Below the pieces are notes generated by a model that saw nothing but the letters and a program-made list of their open reading frames with translations, was not told the DNA's origin and searched no databases. Positions 16,820 to 29,665 of a DNA stretch of 64,000 nt are shown one piece after another (positions within the stretch are counted from its first letter, which is position 1; every line of letters begins with the position of its first letter). The stretch is taken from assembly GCA_963666835.2 (NCBI GenBank), contig CAXXGO010000001.1:640001-704000 (forward strand), read 5' to 3'. Source of the stretch: Phycisphaerae bacterium. GTDB taxonomy: Bacteria > Planctomycetota > Phycisphaerae > UBA1845. The position numbers were made by a program, and so were the translations under genes.

Positions 16820-18706
16820 TCACCCGGTCTTTGTGCGGCGGCGGGTGAGCCGTCCTCTCGCCATCGACAGCCCTGCAAATGCCGCTACCGTGCCGAAAGC
16901 ACCGACCCCGAAGCGGGTACCGCGGTTCAGCGGCCCGGCCACCACGGCGCATTCCACGAGTTCGACCCGCAGGCCGTCGATCGCGGCGGCCCGCTTCGCG
17001 GCGAGTCCCGCAAGCTGGTCTTGAGTGCGGGCAAGGTCCGACTGAGTGAGCTCGATGCGCCCCTTCACCAGTTCCGCCGGCAGAGAGGCTCGGAGATACT
17101 CTTCAGTCAGATCAGCGCTGAGGTTCAATCGGTCCTGCAGGTCCACAAGACCACCGACAGCTTCATCGGCTACAATTCGCAACCGACCGACGTTGTCCTC
17201 GGCCCGCGCAAGGTCCTCTCGGTGTTGAGCGCGAGCTTGTTCGGCAGCCGCTTCCTGCAGCCGCTCGTCAATCAGCCGGATGCGCTGCTGCGTGCGCCGG
17301 CGTAAGCCGCGTGCGCTTCTCATGGCCGTGTCCAGTTGGAAGTTATCCCGCGTGTCGATCCCCCCGGCGGCAAACTCAAACCGGTGATGGGCCGATTGGA
17401 CGATGCGGAATCCCCGAGCTACCTGGGACCGGAAGACGTGGTGCTGGGCCGAATCGTCGGAGCCGTCCTCGATGGCCTGCACCGCCTGCCGCATGGCCGT
17501 GAGGTGCTTCCCGGCTTCGTAGAGGAAATCGTTCAAGTCGTTGCGTGCCCGCTGCTGCAGATCGATGAGCTCGCCGGACGTTGGGTCGATCGCCATGCCT
17601 TTGAGCGATTCCCGCTCGTGCTCCCATTTCTCCGCGAAGGCGAGAAGGGCCTGATAGAACAGCCCGGCGGAGTCGTACATCGCAGATACACTCCGGCCGC
17701 CAGGTCCGTCGGAGTTCCTGTCCGGCGGTGACTCTTCGGACAGCGACCGCGCCGCGGTCAGGAGTTGATTCAAAGGCGGGGTCGACCTGTCCCAAACGTT
17801 CAGGAGGTGGTGTTTGAGTTCGCTGAGGTTGACCTCGAGTTCGCGGAGGTCTTGCTGCAGGGCAAGGTCCGCCTCGAGAGCTTTGTGCCGGGATTCGGTG
17901 GGGACGACCCCATGCGTGGGCTCCGGTTCCGTGCGGAGCCGGTCCAGCTCGGCGTAAGCGCCGCCGAGATCTCGCCGGACAGTGGCGAACCGCTCCCGCC
18001 GCTCCCGCCACGTGTTCATGAGCTCCTGACGTTGCGTTATTGGATCATTGGTTTGCAAGTCCGGAAGAGAGTTCTCCAGCTCCGCCTGGGCACTATCCAA
18101 ACGAGCTTCGAGGTCCGAGGCAAAGCCGGACAGCAGTCGCTCGCTTTCCGACGGGGTCGCTCGCGACTCGGACAGCTCGGCGGCGTGTTTGGCCAAGTAC
18201 TCATTGGCCAGCGTGCGAACGCGTTCAAGACCGCTAATCCGGCTGTTCGACTCAAGGCAGAGGCGGGCCAAGCCGTTGGCGGGGCAGTCTACGAACCAGT
18301 CTCGGCTAGGCCGGTCCACTGGCTTTGCTTCCTCCGTTTGATTCCAACAGAAGAGCAGCAGTTGATCGCGCACAGCGTTGAACGAGGCCTCGTGGTCCTT
18401 GCCCGCGTAGCGGAACGTCGCGCCGCAAATGTACTGAAGGGGCACGGCCGTGCTTACTGCTGCTCCGATCCCGACGGAGGCAATTGCGATTGCGATTCGC
18501 CCCGTCCGCCGAGGCCCGTTCCGGTACGAAGTTGCCGGGTCGTTCGAAAACCGCCGGGATGCCGCCGATAGGGCTTCCAGGTCTGACGGTGAGCGGGGGA
18601 CGCCGTATGGCCGGTCCGCACGACGGCTCGGGCGCGGTGACGGTGGAACGACAGGGTCGGTAGATTTCGAGTCAGACGGCACCGGTGGAGCCTCGCAAGA
18701 TTTCAT
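16820..18706 (-). CDS. Membrane-anchored coiled-coil protein (Wzz/GumC-like topology)
   Basis: Hydrophobic segment near each terminus flanking a long heptad-rich helical region. Confidence 0.55.
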   Translation of the reverse strand: MKSCEAPPVPSDSKSTDPVVPPSPRPSRRADRPYGVPRSPSDLEALSAASRRFSNDPATSYRNGPRRTGRIAIAIASVGIGAAVSTAVPLQYICGATFRYAGKDHEASFNAVRDQLLLFCWNQTEEAKPVDRPSRDWFVDCPANGLARLCLESNSRISGLERVRTLANEYLAKHAAELSESRATPSESERLLSGFASDLEARLDSAQAELENSLPDLQTNDPITQRQELMNTWRERRERFATVRRDLGGAYAELDRLRTEPEPTHGVVPTESRHKALEADLALQQDLRELEVNLSELKHHLLNVWDRSTPPLNQLLTAARSLSEESPPDRNSDGPGGRSVSAMYDSAGLFYQALLAFAEKWEHERESLKGMAIDPTSGELIDLQQRARNDLNDFLYEAGKHLTAMRQAVQAIEDGSDDSAQHHVFRSQVARGFRIVQSAHHRFEFAAGGIDTRDNFQLDTAMRSARGLRRRTQQRIRLIDERLQEAAAEQARAQHREDLARAEDNVGRLRIVADEAVGGLVDLQDRLNLSADLTEEYLRASLPAELVKGRIELTQSDLARTQDQLAGLAAKRAAAIDGLRVELVECAVVAGPLNRGTRFGVGAFGTVAAFAGLSMARGRLTRRRTKTG

Positions 18707-19625
18707 CGATCCGGCGTTGGTCTTCCTCCGTGATTGACCACCCTAGACTTCCGACGCTGTCCGCCACGTGCGATGGTCGCTTGACCCCCACGATTGGAGC
18801 GGTTACCCCCGGATAATTCACCGTCCAGTTGAGAACGAGCTGGCCGACGGTCCGTTCGTACGATTGCGCTAGCTCCGTCAGCGCGCGGACAATGGCGAGG
18901 TTCTGTTCGAACCGAGCCCCGACAAACGCGGGATCGGACGCCCTGGCGCCGGTGATTGGGGTGTCGCGATCGAACTTCCCCGTCAAGAGCCCCTTGCCCA
19001 ACGGACTATACGGCAGCACGCTGATTCTATGCTCAACGCAATAAGGGATCAGATCGTCCGCAGCCCGCGGTTCAATCATCGAGAACTGAGGTTGCAGGCT
19101 GGAGATCGGTCCGACCGCCCTAGCCGCCTCGATTCGCTCTATCCCAAAGTTCGACAGGCCGATCGCTCGGATCTTCCCTTGCTCTTGCAGGAGCAGCAGA
19201 GCCTCCATGGTCCGTTCTATCGGCGTCTGGGGGTCGGGCCAGTGACACTGGTAGAGGTCGATGAAGTCGGTCTGAAGGCGGCGCAGGCTGGCCTCGCACT
19301 CGGCCATTATCCCCTCTGGGGTTAAGCTCCGGCTTGGGGGACGCCCCTTGTGCTCGCCAGGGACCAGCCCGCACTTCGTGGCCACGACAGCCTCGTGCCG
19401 CCTCCCCTGTAGGGCCTTTCCCAGAATCTCTTCGGCATGCCCGAGCCCATAGATCGGGGCGGTGTCGATGAGATTCACGCCGGAATCGAGCCCCAGGTGG
19501 ATTGCCGCGATTGACTCGCGATCATCGACGTGACCCCACGCGGCAACATCTGCACCCATTGCCCAGGTACCAAGGGCGATGACCGAGACTTCGATACCGC
19601 TCTCGCCAAGGGGACGTCTTTTCAC
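18672..19625 (-). CDS. Aldo/keto reductase
   Basis: VSVIALGTWAMG, IDTAPIYG, ATKCG, IDLYQCHWPD, GKIRAIGLSN, PYSPLGKGLLTGK; start set at GTG (VKRRPLG). Confidence 0.92.
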   Translation of the reverse strand: MKRRPLGESGIEVSVIALGTWAMGADVAAWGHVDDRESIAAIHLGLDSGVNLIDTAPIYGLGHAEEILGKALQGRRHEAVVATKCGLVPGEHKGRPPSRSLTPEGIMAECEASLRRLQTDFIDLYQCHWPDPQTPIERTMEALLLLQEQGKIRAIGLSNFGIERIEAARAVGPISSLQPQFSMIEPRAADDLIPYCVEHRISVLPYSPLGKGLLTGKFDRDTPITGARASDPAFVGARFEQNLAIVRALTELAQSYERTVGQLVLNWTVNYPGVTAPIVGVKRPSHVADSVGSLGWSITEEDQRRIDEILRGSTGAV

Positions 19626-19938
19626 GGTCGAGCGATTCTCTTGGAAGGAGGGTCCCGGACGTTCTGCTCCGTCGAGCATTAGAATCCCGTAGGTTAATTG
19701 CGAACGTTGTTTTTGGCAAGTGGCAGGCCGGGCTGATCTCCCACATGCGCCACCGTTCGCCGCATTATCCTTTCAGTGGCACTGGCTATTTGAGTTGTGG
19801 CGGCGACCGTTACCGCTTCGCCACTCTCGATATTATCGAGGGGGTGTAGGGGTATAGATAAAGGGGGCTTCGAGGGTGCCTCGGAGACTTCTGGCCAGCC
19901 CGATCTCGAGGTTCGCGGATTACATTGTGTTTTGGCGT

Positions 19939-19966
19939 TTGACAAGTCGACGTGGACCCTTATACT
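19939..19966 (+). promoter_or_regulatory. Sigma70-like promoter of the tRNA-Thr/tuf operon
   Basis: TTGACA, 16 bp, TATACT. Confidence 0.7.
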
Positions 19967-20147
19967 CACCTGGCTCTGGCTACGGGTGCATCGGGGCTCG
20001 CCGCCGTAAGTGGCGGTGCGCCTTGGACTTCCGTTGTTGAGGCTGATTCTGAGCAGCGCCAACGGGCGTTTGTTCGGAGCGCTGGCGGCTTGGCGCGGCG
20101 CCTACGGTATTGTTCGATCGTTCGCCTGGCGACGGTTGATCCGCGTT

Positions 20148-20220
20148 GCTGCTGTAGCTCAGTTGGTAGAGTGCGTCCTTGGTAAGGACGAGGTCACGGG
20201 TTCGAGTCCCGTCAGCAGCT
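20148..20220 (+). tRNA. tRNA-Thr(GGT)
   Basis: Cloverleaf with GCTGCTG/CAGCAGC acceptor stem, CGTCC-TT-GGT-AA-GGACG anticodon arm, TTCGAGT T-loop; CCA not encoded. Confidence 0.96.
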
Positions 20221-20417
20221 TTTTTGCAGAGCCTGTGGTGGTCTGGTGTCATGGTCGCCCGGGGGCGTGTTTCACGTCGAAGGCGCTGCTTTGCGATAGA
20301 TTGTCGGTGGAAGAAACAATATCGCTCATTGTTGGCCGGGCTGGTGGGTCCGACTGGCGGTGGGATGGAAACAATGCTCGCTGAACACGGCGACTAGCGG
20401 GTGGAGGTAATTGTCGG

Positions 20418-21620
<1,203 letters not shown>

Positions 21621-21666
21621 GCTGGGCAGGAAGTCCTGCTCAAGCGTCAGGCGGAAGTGATCTGAG

Positions 21667-21834
21667 ATGGCTAAGGCAGCAAAACGCGAGTACGTGTGGC
21701 TTCAGTGTACTGAGTGCAAGGGGCTGAATTATCGTACGAGCGTAAACGTCATGGGTGGTACGCCAAAGCTCGAGTTGTCGAAGTTCTGTAAACGCGAGCG
21801 AAAACACACGGCGCACAAGATTAAGAGGAAGTAG
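21667..21834 (+). CDS. rpmG: 50S ribosomal protein L33
   Basis: Manual translation MAKAAKREYVWLQCTECKGLNYRT...LELSKFCKRERKHTAHKIKRK; canonical position after tuf. Confidence 0.93.
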   Translation: MAKAAKREYVWLQCTECKGLNYRTSVNVMGGTPKLELSKFCKRERKHTAHKIKRK

Positions 21835-21866
21835 GGTTTGCGCGTCAGGGGCTGCGAAGATCTGCT

Positions 21867-21939
21867 AGGAGCGTAGCTCAATTGGCAGAGCACCGGTTTC
21901 CAAAACCGGCGGTTGGGGGTTCGAGTCCCTCCGCTCCTG
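21867..21939 (+). tRNA. tRNA-Trp(CCA)
   Basis: AGGAGCG/CGCTCCT acceptor stem, CCGGT-TT-CCA-AA-ACCGG anticodon arm; lies before secE. Confidence 0.96.
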
Positions 21940-22011
21940 TCTGGCGAGCCCCAAGGCGAACGAGGCGAGTGGGAGCCGTGTAATTGGTTTTCATCGCGTT
22001 GAGGCGGGAAT

Positions 22012-22512
22012 ATGACCGGAACTGATTCGACTTCTGGGACGCCTGATGAAGGTCAGGTGCAGGTCGGCATACGGACGCGTCCGGTGGCGCGCGAAGGCGG
22101 CTCAGGCCTTCTCAAGCAGTACAAGCCGGAGCAAGGCAAGACGACCCGCGTAGGCACCTTCGTTGGAGTAGGTGCGATGATTGCGTGGGGTGCGTACTTC
22201 CTCTACGACCAGTTGGCGGTCTACGAGGGCGACGATGCCTGGCGTCTGCTGATTACTAATGGAATCCCTCTGCTCTTTGCCGTTGCGATCGGGGCCGTGG
22301 CGTGGTGGTTCATCTTCGGGCATCGCGGCATAGGTGATTTCATGATCGCAACTGAAGGCGAGATGAAGAAGGTGAGTTGGTCCACCAAGAGCGAGGTGAT
22401 CGGTTCGACCAAAGTGGTCATCATGTTCACGGTCATGCTGGCGCTGCTGTTGTTTGTGGTAGATACGGTATTCAAGGTGGTCTTCACTTCTATCGGCGTG
22501 CTGAAACAATGA
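22012..22512 (+). CDS. secE: Preprotein translocase subunit SecE (3-TM type)
   Basis: FMIATEGEMKKVSWSTKSEV motif; synteny. Confidence 0.93.
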   Translation: MTGTDSTSGTPDEGQVQVGIRTRPVAREGGSGLLKQYKPEQGKTTRVGTFVGVGAMIAWGAYFLYDQLAVYEGDDAWRLLITNGIPLLFAVAIGAVAWWFIFGHRGIGDFMIATEGEMKKVSWSTKSEVIGSTKVVIMFTVMLALLLFVVDTVFKVVFTSIGVLKQ

Positions 22513-23120
22513 CTGATGCGGAGTCGACACCGTCTGGGGTGCCTGCAGCACCGGCCACTACGACTGTTGGGATGAAGTGGTATGTTCTTCGCGTGGCCTC
22601 CAACAAGGAGGAGCAGGTGCGCGAGGCCCTGACGCGTAAGGTCGCGATAGAAGCTCTGGAGGATCGGGTCGGCCGAGTTCTAGTCCCGACGGTTAAGGAG
22701 AAGCGCGTCAAGGGTGGCGTGGTTCGTTTAGTGGATCGGAAGCTCTACCCCGGTTATGTCTTCGTGGAGATGGCATGCGAAGAGGACGGGGCAATAGCCG
22801 AGAACGTCTGGTTCATCGTGAAGGAGACCACCGGGGTCGGCGATTTCATCGGTTCGGACGGCAAGCCGACGAGCATGCCGGAGCACGAAGTGGTGCAGAT
22901 GTTGACCGTGTGCGAGAAGGCGGACGAGGAACCGACTCTCTCGGGGTTAAACATTCACCAGGGTGATCAGGTCAAGATCACCGATGGGGCCTTTGAGAGC
23001 TACGAGGGTGAAGTTGAAGCGGTGGATGAGCGCCGCGGAATGGTCTCGGTGATCGTGGCTATTTTCGGGCGGTCGACCCCGGTTGAGGTCGGCTACTGGC
23101 AGTTGGAGAAGGTGGAATAG
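22509..23120 (+). CDS. nusG: Transcription termination/antitermination factor NusG
   Basis: KWYVLRVASNKE, KLYPGYVFVEM, KOW motif, IFGRSTPVE. Confidence 0.96.
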   Translation: MTDAESTPSGVPAAPATTTVGMKWYVLRVASNKEEQVREALTRKVAIEALEDRVGRVLVPTVKEKRVKGGVVRLVDRKLYPGYVFVEMACEEDGAIAENVWFIVKETTGVGDFIGSDGKPTSMPEHEVVQMLTVCEKADEEPTLSGLNIHQGDQVKITDGAFESYEGEVEAVDERRGMVSVIVAIFGRSTPVEVGYWQLEKVE

Positions 23121-23180
23121 TCCCGCCCGAACCCGGCCGGACTGCAGATACCGGCGCTAACAGACGAGGACGGTTGATAA

Positions 23181-23609
23181 GTGGCAAAGAAGGAACTCAC
23201 GGCGACGATCAAGCTTCAGGCACCGGGTGGGCAGGCGACGCCGGCTCCGCCGATCGGTCCGGCTTTGGGGCAGCACGGGGTGAACATCGGACAGTTCATT
23301 CAGCAGTTCAACGCCGCAACGGCGGCTATGAACGGAATGACGGTTTCGGTGGTAATCAGTGTTTTCTCCGATCGGTCTTTCGAATACGAGGTTAAGAGTC
23401 CGCCGGCGGCGGTGTTGCTCAAGGACGCGGCGAAGATTGCCAAGGGAAGTGGCGTTCCGAACAAGGATAAGGTCGGTACGGTGACGCGGGAACAGCTTAG
23501 GGCGATTGCGGAGCGCAAGTTGCCTGACCTGAACGCTTTCACCGTTGAGGCCGCGGAGAAGATCGTGGCCGGTACCGCCCGGTCGATGGGTGTTGATATT
23601 GCAGATTGA
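23181..23609 (+). CDS. rplK: 50S ribosomal protein L11
   Basis: [25 protein letters not shown]. Confidence 0.97.
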   Translation: MAKKELTATIKLQAPGGQATPAPPIGPALGQHGVNIGQFIQQFNAATAAMNGMTVSVVISVFSDRSFEYEVKSPPAAVLLKDAAKIAKGSGVPNKDKVGTVTREQLRAIAERKLPDLNAFTVEAAEKIVAGTARSMGVDIAD

Positions 23610-23644
23610 GGGCATTGGCCCGACCGATCTCTGGAGGAGCCGTA

Positions 23645-24373
23645 ATGGCTTACCGTAGTGTTGCATACAGGAAGCAGGTCGAGACCGGGGGGGACTTACG
23701 TACGCCGGTGGCGCTTGCAGACGGCATCAAGAAGGTCAAAGAGATGGCAGCGGTCAAGGCGGACCGCACCTATAAGAACGGCAAGAAGCGCAAGGCTGTC
23801 GACCAGACCGTTGAACTCGTCGTGCATCTTGGGATTGATCCGAAGCACGCTGATCAGATGATTCGCGGGGCGATTTCGCTGCCCAAGGGAATCGGCAAGT
23901 CGCGCACGATCGTCGCGTTCGTCGAAGGTGATCTTGTTGACGCCGCTAAAGAGGCCGGCGCAGTGGAAGCGGGCGGCGACGAGCTGGTCAAGAAGATCCA
24001 AGACGGCTGGATGGACTTCGACGTTGCAATCGCCCACCCCTCGATGATGGGGAAGGTTGGTAGGCTGGGGCGCGTGCTCGGGCCGCAGGGCAAGATGCCG
24101 AGCCCGAAGGCGGGAACGGTCACGCCGGACGTGGCCGGCGCCGTGAAGGAGTTCTCGGCCGGTCGGCTGGAGTTTCGCAACGACGACGGTGGGAACATCC
24201 ATCTGCCCGTGGGCCGCGTCAGCTTCTCTGTAGAGGATCTGGCGGAGAATGTCTCGGCGGTGGTCAAGCATATGATCAAGATGAAGCCGGCCGCCGCCAA
24301 AGGGCAGTACATTAAGCGCGTGTGCCTGTCGGCCACGCGGACCCCGTCGGTCACGGTGGAGGTTGCGGCGTAG
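23645..24373 (+). CDS. rplA: 50S ribosomal protein L1
   Basis: LGIDPKHADQMIRG, LGRVLGPQGKMPSPKAGTV. Confidence 0.96.
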   Translation: MAYRSVAYRKQVETGGDLRTPVALADGIKKVKEMAAVKADRTYKNGKKRKAVDQTVELVVHLGIDPKHADQMIRGAISLPKGIGKSRTIVAFVEGDLVDAAKEAGAVEAGGDELVKKIQDGWMDFDVAIAHPSMMGKVGRLGRVLGPQGKMPSPKAGTVTPDVAGAVKEFSAGRLEFRNDDGGNIHLPVGRVSFSVEDLAENVSAVVKHMIKMKPAAAKGQYIKRVCLSATRTPSVTVEVAA

Positions 24374-24441
24374 AGCTGTGTCGATGGTCGTCGTCGCATT
24401 GTTGAGTTGATTTACGAAGCCAGTAACACCCGGATGGTTCG

Positions 24442-24954
24442 ATGAGCAAGCCCGTAAAAGAGATGGTTGCGGCCGAGTTGCGCGAGAAATACTCGGATGT
24501 GATTGATGTCTGCGTCGTCAGTATGGCGGGCCTGGACATCGTTGCCCAAGAGAAAATCCGCGGGATGCTCCGCGAGAAGTCCTCGAGGGTCGAGGTGGTG
24601 AGGAACAGCCTTGCGCGGCGGGCGTTCGCCGGAACGGCGCTGGAGCCTGTTGCCGCCGCGATGGAGGGCCCGTGTGCCTTGGTCACCGGCGGTAGCTCGG
24701 CCATCGAGATGGCCAAGACGCTCGTCGAGGCCGCCAAGGAGTACGATCAGTTCGAACTCAAGCATGCGATGCTCGAGGGGGAATCGGACCTGTTCACCGT
24801 CCATGAGGCTTCCAAATTGGCCGGAAAGGGCGAGTTGCTGGGCGAAGTGGCCATGCTGGTCGCGTCGCCGGCGCGGGCGATTGCGGGTTGTCTCAGCTCC
24901 CCGCAGTCGAAGGTCGCGGGATGCCTCAAGGCGATTATCGAGAAGGCGGCGTGA
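24442..24954 (+). CDS. rplJ: 50S ribosomal protein L10
   Basis: VVRNSLARRA motif; synteny. Confidence 0.92.
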   Translation: MSKPVKEMVAAELREKYSDVIDVCVVSMAGLDIVAQEKIRGMLREKSSRVEVVRNSLARRAFAGTALEPVAAAMEGPCALVTGGSSAIEMAKTLVEAAKEYDQFELKHAMLEGESDLFTVHEASKLAGKGELLGEVAMLVASPARAIAGCLSSPQSKVAGCLKAIIEKAA

Positions 24955-25122
24955 TTGTCCGCCGGGGCGGTCCCGGCGTTGGTTGGGGGCGTTACGCTTC
25001 TTAGACAGATTTACACACTGTTTCATGCCGACTGGTTCGCTTCGGCGAATGAAATGGCTCGCATCGGAGTGGGTCGCCTATCGGTGTGGCGGGATTTTGA
25101 ATAAGCGAAGGAGTTGGATCCG

Positions 25123-25524
25123 ATGGCAGAAGCACCGGCCGTGGAGTTTAGTGCGGAAATTACTGATCTTGCTGAAAAACTAGTCAACCTTTCCGTAAAG
25201 GATGCCCAGTCGCTCGTGGACTGTCTCAAGCAGGTTCACGGGATCGAGCCTGCGGGCGGTGGTGTGGTAATGGCGGCCAGTGGTGGCGGCGATGCTGCGG
25301 CGGCGGAAGAGAAGACGTCGTTCGACGTGATTCTGGCCGGATTCGGCGATAAGAAGATCCAGGTGATTAAGGTCGTCCGGGCGATCACGGGCTTGGGTCT
25401 CAAGGAAGCGAAGGAACTGGTCGAGTCTTGTCCGAAGGCGTTGAAGGAAGGCCTGACGCAAGAAGAGGCGGACAAGATCAAGAGTGACATTGAGGAAGTG
25501 GGTGGCGCCGTTACTATCCAGTAG
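25123..25524 (+). CDS. rplL: 50S ribosomal protein L7/L12
   Basis: [34 protein letters not shown]. Confidence 0.97.
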   Translation: MAEAPAVEFSAEITDLAEKLVNLSVKDAQSLVDCLKQVHGIEPAGGGVVMAASGGGDAAAAEEKTSFDVILAGFGDKKIQVIKVVRAITGLGLKEAKELVESCPKALKEGLTQEEADKIKSDIEEVGGAVTIQ

Positions 25525-25817
25525 GCGCTGAGTCTTCAGCTAGCGCGGGCGCTGGTCGGCGGGATGGTGCATTGGGCGCCGACCTGCGCCGTTCAATCAT
25601 GAGGCTCTGGTCGGGTGAACCGGCCAGAGCCTGAGCAGTGCATGTCCGCCGTGGAGCGGGATCGACCGGTTCGATGGGACGGCCGGCCTACCGGATGCTC
25701 CGCCGGCCGATTATATGTCCCCTGATGTATCCATAAACAAGCCGTCTATCGCGTGCGGCGGCGCCGTTAGCCGCCGGGCGCTGGTGTAGGTGTTGCAGGA
25801 TAAGAGGGTTTTGGCCG

Positions 25818-28800
25818 ATGAATGCTGCTCTCCCGATACGTAGTTTTGCGAGACTCGGCGATGCGCTGCCGGTTCCGGAGTTGCTCGGCGTCCAGAAAGT
25901 AGCGTATGAGCGGTTCTTGCAGCAACCGGTGAATCCGCACGAGCGGGACCCGCACGGGTTGGAAGCTCTGCTGCGGGAGATGTTTCCGATCGAGAGTTAT
26001 GACGGGAACCTGTCGCTGCACTACATCAACTATGAACTGGGCAAGCCGCGCTATACGCCGGACGAATGCCGGGAGCTGAGGCTGACCTATGGAATGCCGT
26101 TTCGAGTTCGCTTGCGCCTGATCCGCAAGGACGCGGACGAGGTGTACGAGGACCTGGTGTTCCTCGGGGATATGCCGATCATGATCGGCGGCGGGGAGTT
26201 CATCATCAACGGTGCGGAGCGAGTGATTGTCTCGCAATTGCACCGTTCCCCGGGCGTGGACTTCATCAAGGACCAGACCGAGGGGGACCGGGCGCTGCAC
26301 TCGTGCCGGATCATTCCCGAGCGCGGAAGCTGGATTGAGATCGAGGTCACCAAGAAGGACGTTTTGGTGGTTCGAATAGACCAGTCGAGCAAGCTTCCCG
26401 CGACGACGTTCTTGCGGGCGATGGACCCGAAGTACTCGACCGATGAGGCCGTGGTCGGGGAATTCTACCGGACCAAGAGCGTGCGGACCTCCGGTTTGAA
26501 GCCGGAGATGTACGTGGTTTCTTCGGTGATCGACGAGGATACGGATGATGTCCTGGTGCAGGCCGGGTGCCAGGTCGGTGACGCCGTGGAACGGATTCAG
26601 AGCATGTCGCTCAAGAGTCTTCGGGTCATCAGCGAAGCGTCCGACCCGCTGATCCTCAACACCCTGGCCGAAGATACCAGCCGGACCCACGAGGAGGCTC
26701 TGCTGAAGATCTACGGGCGCTTGCGTCCCGGAAACCCGCCGCAGTTGGAAAAGGCGAAGAAGCTCTTCAACGAGAAATTCTACGATGAGAACCGCTACCG
26801 CCTGGGCAAAGTCGGTCGGTTCCGCCTGAATCGCAAATTCGAGATTAGCGGCGATGACGGCGAGATGACACTTACTGTCAAGGACATGGTCAACTGCCTC
26901 AAGTACTTGCTGAAGCTGCGCACCGGCGAGGCGGCCTTCGTGGTGGATGACATTGACCATCTGGGGAACCGGCGGTTGCGGACGCTCGACGAATTGTGCG
27001 CCGACGAAATGCGCAAGGGGTTCCTCAAGCTCCGGCGCACGGTGCAGGAGCGGATGAGCATGCGCGACCCGGACCAGCTTGGTCGGGTTGCCGAGCTGAT
27101 CAACAGCAAGTCCATCAGTTCAGCGATCGAGTTGTTCTTCGGGCGCGGAGAGCTCTCTCAAGTGGTCGATCAGACCAACCCGCTGTCGCAATTGACGCAC
27201 GAACGCCGCTTGTCTGCTCTGGGACCGGGCGGGCTGAACCGCAAGCGGGCGGGGTTCGAGGTGCGTGACGTGCATATCAGCCACTACGGGCGGATTTGTC
27301 CGATTGAGACGCCGGAAGGTACTAACATCGGCCTGATTGCTTCGCTGAGCATCTACAGCAAGGTGGATGACTACGGTTTTCTAATTACGCCGTACCGCGA
27401 GGTTGGCAAGGACGGCGTGCTCGGAAACCCGCGTTACTTGCGGGCGGATGAGGAGATGCGCGAAGTGCTTGGGCCTCCCGAGGTCGTGGATCCGGAGGGG
27501 AACCGGTTGCACGAAGGGATGCTGATCGTGCGTCGACATGGGGAGTTGGGGCAAGTGGATCGCGACCAGGTGACCTACGTCGACATCTCTCCCAAGCAGA
27601 CGATCGGGGTGTCGGCCGCCCTCATTCCGTTCCTCGAGCATGATGACGCCAACCGCGCCTTGATGGGATCGAACATGCAGCGTCAGGCGGTGCCGCTTCT
27701 GAAGGCGGAGCCGCCGCTGGTCGCGACGGGGATGGAACGCAACGTAGCGGCCAGCAGTGGAATGGTCGTTCGGGCCAAGACGTCGGGGAAAGTGACGTAT
27801 GTTGATGCCGGGCGCATCGTAATCGACAACACGGAGGAGCACATCCTCCGCAAGTTCCAGGGCCTCAACGAGCGTACCTGCATGAATCAGACTCCGCTGG
27901 TCCGGCCGGGTCAGCGGGTGCGGGCCGACGACATTATTGCGGATGGGCCCGCGACGGTGAACGGGGAATTAGCGCTCGGCAAGAACCTCCTCGTCGCCTT
28001 TATGACTTTCGACGGACACAACTTCGAGGACGCGATTATCCTCAGTGAACGGCTCGTTCGCGAGGATGGGCTGACCAGTATTCACATTGATGAGTACGAC
28101 ATCGAGGTTCGTGACACGAAGCTCGGACGCGAGGAGTTCACCGCGGACATCCCCAATGTGTCGGAACGAGCCCTCGCCAACCTGACGGAGACCGGGGTCG
28201 TACGGGTTGGGACGCGGGTGCAACAGGGTGACATCCTGGTAGGTAAGGTCAGCCCGAAATCCAAGAGCGAACTGAGTCCTGAAGAGAAGCTGCTGCACGC
28301 GATCTTCGGCCGGGCCGGGGAGGACGTGAAGAACGACTCGCTGGAATTGCCCACCGGCGAGGAAGGAATCGTGATCGGCACGAAGCACTTCAGCCGGCGC
28401 GTGCATATGACTGACGAGCAGAAGCTCGAGCTGGAACGAGAGATTGAAGAGTACGAAGCCGGCGAGAATGCCAAGATCATCGCTTGTTTCAAGCAGATGT
28501 GTGCGGAGATTGAGGCGATCATGGAATCTCCCATGATCGACCCGACGACGCGGCAGATGGTCGGGCACAGCAGCCTGGACGAGGTGATCTTGGAGCAAAT
28601 CGCCGACTTCACCGAGCATGTGCGAGCTCGGGACCTCAAGTGGGTCAAGCCGGCCGCGAAGCGCGAGGATTGCCTGGAAGTGACCGATCGTTTCTGGCCG
28701 CGCGTGGAGGAACTGATCGAGGAACGGGATCGACGTTCGGCTCAGATGAAACGGGGGGATGAGCTTCCCTCGGGCGTGCTCGAGATGGTCAAGGTTTACG

Positions 28801-29591
28801 TCGCCACCAAGCGGCAGATCTCGGTGGGTGACAAGATGGCCGGGCGGCACGGGAACAAGGGCGTAATCTCCAAGATCATGCCGCAAGAAGATATGCCCTT
28901 CATGGACGACGGGACCCCGGTTGACATCCTGTTGAACCCATTGGGCGTGCCGTCGCGTATGAATGTGGGGCAGATTCTCGAAACGCATCTGGGCTGGGCC
29001 GCCAAGGTGCTGGGCTTCCAGGCGGTAACCCCGGTTTTCGACGGTGCTTCGGAGCGGGAGATTCATGCGGCGCTGGACGAAGCAAACGCGAGTGTGCGGG
29101 AGCGCTCGGTGGAACCGAACGCTGTTGCCCGGGCGGCCTTGGATGATCTGCGGCTTTCCGAGCTGCCCATGGGAGGCAAGGTTCGGTTGCGCGATGGTCG
29201 GACGGGTGAGCACTTCGATCAGCCGGTTACCGTCGGCTGTATCTACATGCTGAAATTGCACCACCTTGTGGACGACAAGATTCACGCTCGGGCAACGGGG
29301 CCGTACAGCCTGATCACCCAGCAACCGCTCGGCGGTAAGGCCCGCACCGGTGGGCAACGTTTCGGTGAGATGGAAGTGTGGGGGCTCGAGGCTTACGGTG
29401 CGGCCCACGTGCTTCAGGAGCTTCTGACCGTCAAGAGCGACGATGTGGAAGGTCGGACCAAGATCTATGAGACGATGGTCAAAGGCAAGAACTCGTTGGA
29501 GGCGGGCACCCCGGTCTCCTTCGATGTGCTCTGCAACGAGATTAGAGGGCTTTGTCTGAACATCCACTTGGAGAAGCGGCGGGTCGGCTAG
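25818..29591 (+). CDS. rpoB: RNA polymerase beta subunit
   Basis: [38 protein letters not shown]. Confidence 0.99.
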   Translation: MNAALPIRSFARLGDALPVPELLGVQKVAYERFLQQPVNPHERDPHGLEALLREMFPIESYDGNLSLHYINYELGKPRYTPDECRELRLTYGMPFRVRLRLIRKDADEVYEDLVFLGDMPIMIGGGEFIINGAERVIVSQLHRSPGVDFIKDQTEGDRALHSCRIIPERGSWIEIEVTKKDVLVVRIDQSSKLPATTFLRAMDPKYSTDEAVVGEFYRTKSVRTSGLKPEMYVVSSVIDEDTDDVLVQAGCQVGDAVERIQSMSLKSLRVISEASDPLILNTLAEDTSRTHEEALLKIYGRLRPGNPPQLEKAKKLFNEKFYDENRYRLGKVGRFRLNRKFEISGDDGEMTLTVKDMVNCLKYLLKLRTGEAAFVVDDIDHLGNRRLRTLDELCADEMRKGFLKLRRTVQERMSMRDPDQLGRVAELINSKSISSAIELFFGRGELSQVVDQTNPLSQLTHERRLSALGPGGLNRKRAGFEVRDVHISHYGRICPIETPEGTNIGLIASLSIYSKVDDYGFLITPYREVGKDGVLGNPRYLRADEEMREVLGPPEVVDPEGNRLHEGMLIVRRHGELGQVDRDQVTYVDISPKQTIGVSAALIPFLEHDDANRALMGSNMQRQAVPLLKAEPPLVATGMERNVAASSGMVVRAKTSGKVTYVDAGRIVIDNTEEHILRKFQGLNERTCMNQTPLVRPGQRVRADDIIADGPATVNGELALGKNLLVAFMTFDGHNFEDAIILSERLVREDGLTSIHIDEYDIEVRDTKLGREEFTADIPNVSERALANLTETGVVRVGTRVQQGDILVGKVSPKSKSELSPEEKLLHAIFGRAGEDVKNDSLELPTGEEGIVIGTKHFSRRVHMTDEQKLELEREIEEYEAGENAKIIACFKQMCAEIEAIMESPMIDPTTRQMVGHSSLDEVILEQIADFTEHVRARDLKWVKPAAKREDCLEVTDRFWPRVEELIEERDRRSAQMKRGDELPSGVLEMVKVYVATKRQISVGDKMAGRHGNKGVISKIMPQEDMPFMDDGTPVDILLNPLGVPSRMNVGQILETHLGWAAKVLGFQAVTPVFDGASEREIHAALDEANASVRERSVEPNAVARAALDDLRLSELPMGGKVRLRDGRTGEHFDQPVTVGCIYMLKLHHLVDDKIHARATGPYSLITQQPLGGKARTGGQRFGEMEVWGLEAYGAAHVLQELLTVKSDDVEGRTKIYETMVKGKNSLEAGTPVSFDVLCNEIRGLCLNIHLEKRRVG

Positions 29592-29665
29592 CCGACCGCG
29601 GCGCCGCTTGGGGATGGCGGACCCCGGTGGGCGTTTGAGTGGCATTGCGATCAAGGGCGGCGATA

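Noticed and set aside
25530..25810. Hairpin-rich rplL-rpoB spacer as a possible ncRNA
   Set aside because: A hairpin is present near 25602-25632, but there is no U-tract or recognisable family, and GC-rich DNA forms such stems easily.
27130..27240. Rifampicin-resistance substitutions in RpoB cluster I
   Set aside because: The key residues equivalent to Q513, D516, H526 and S531 appear conserved ([20 protein letters not shown]); the other differences cannot be interpreted by eye.
27969..29654. 561-aa antisense ORF, and similar long antisense ORFs opposite rpoC, secY, uvrA and tldE
   Set aside because: Shadow frames of GC-rich, codon-biased genes with no recognisable motifs.
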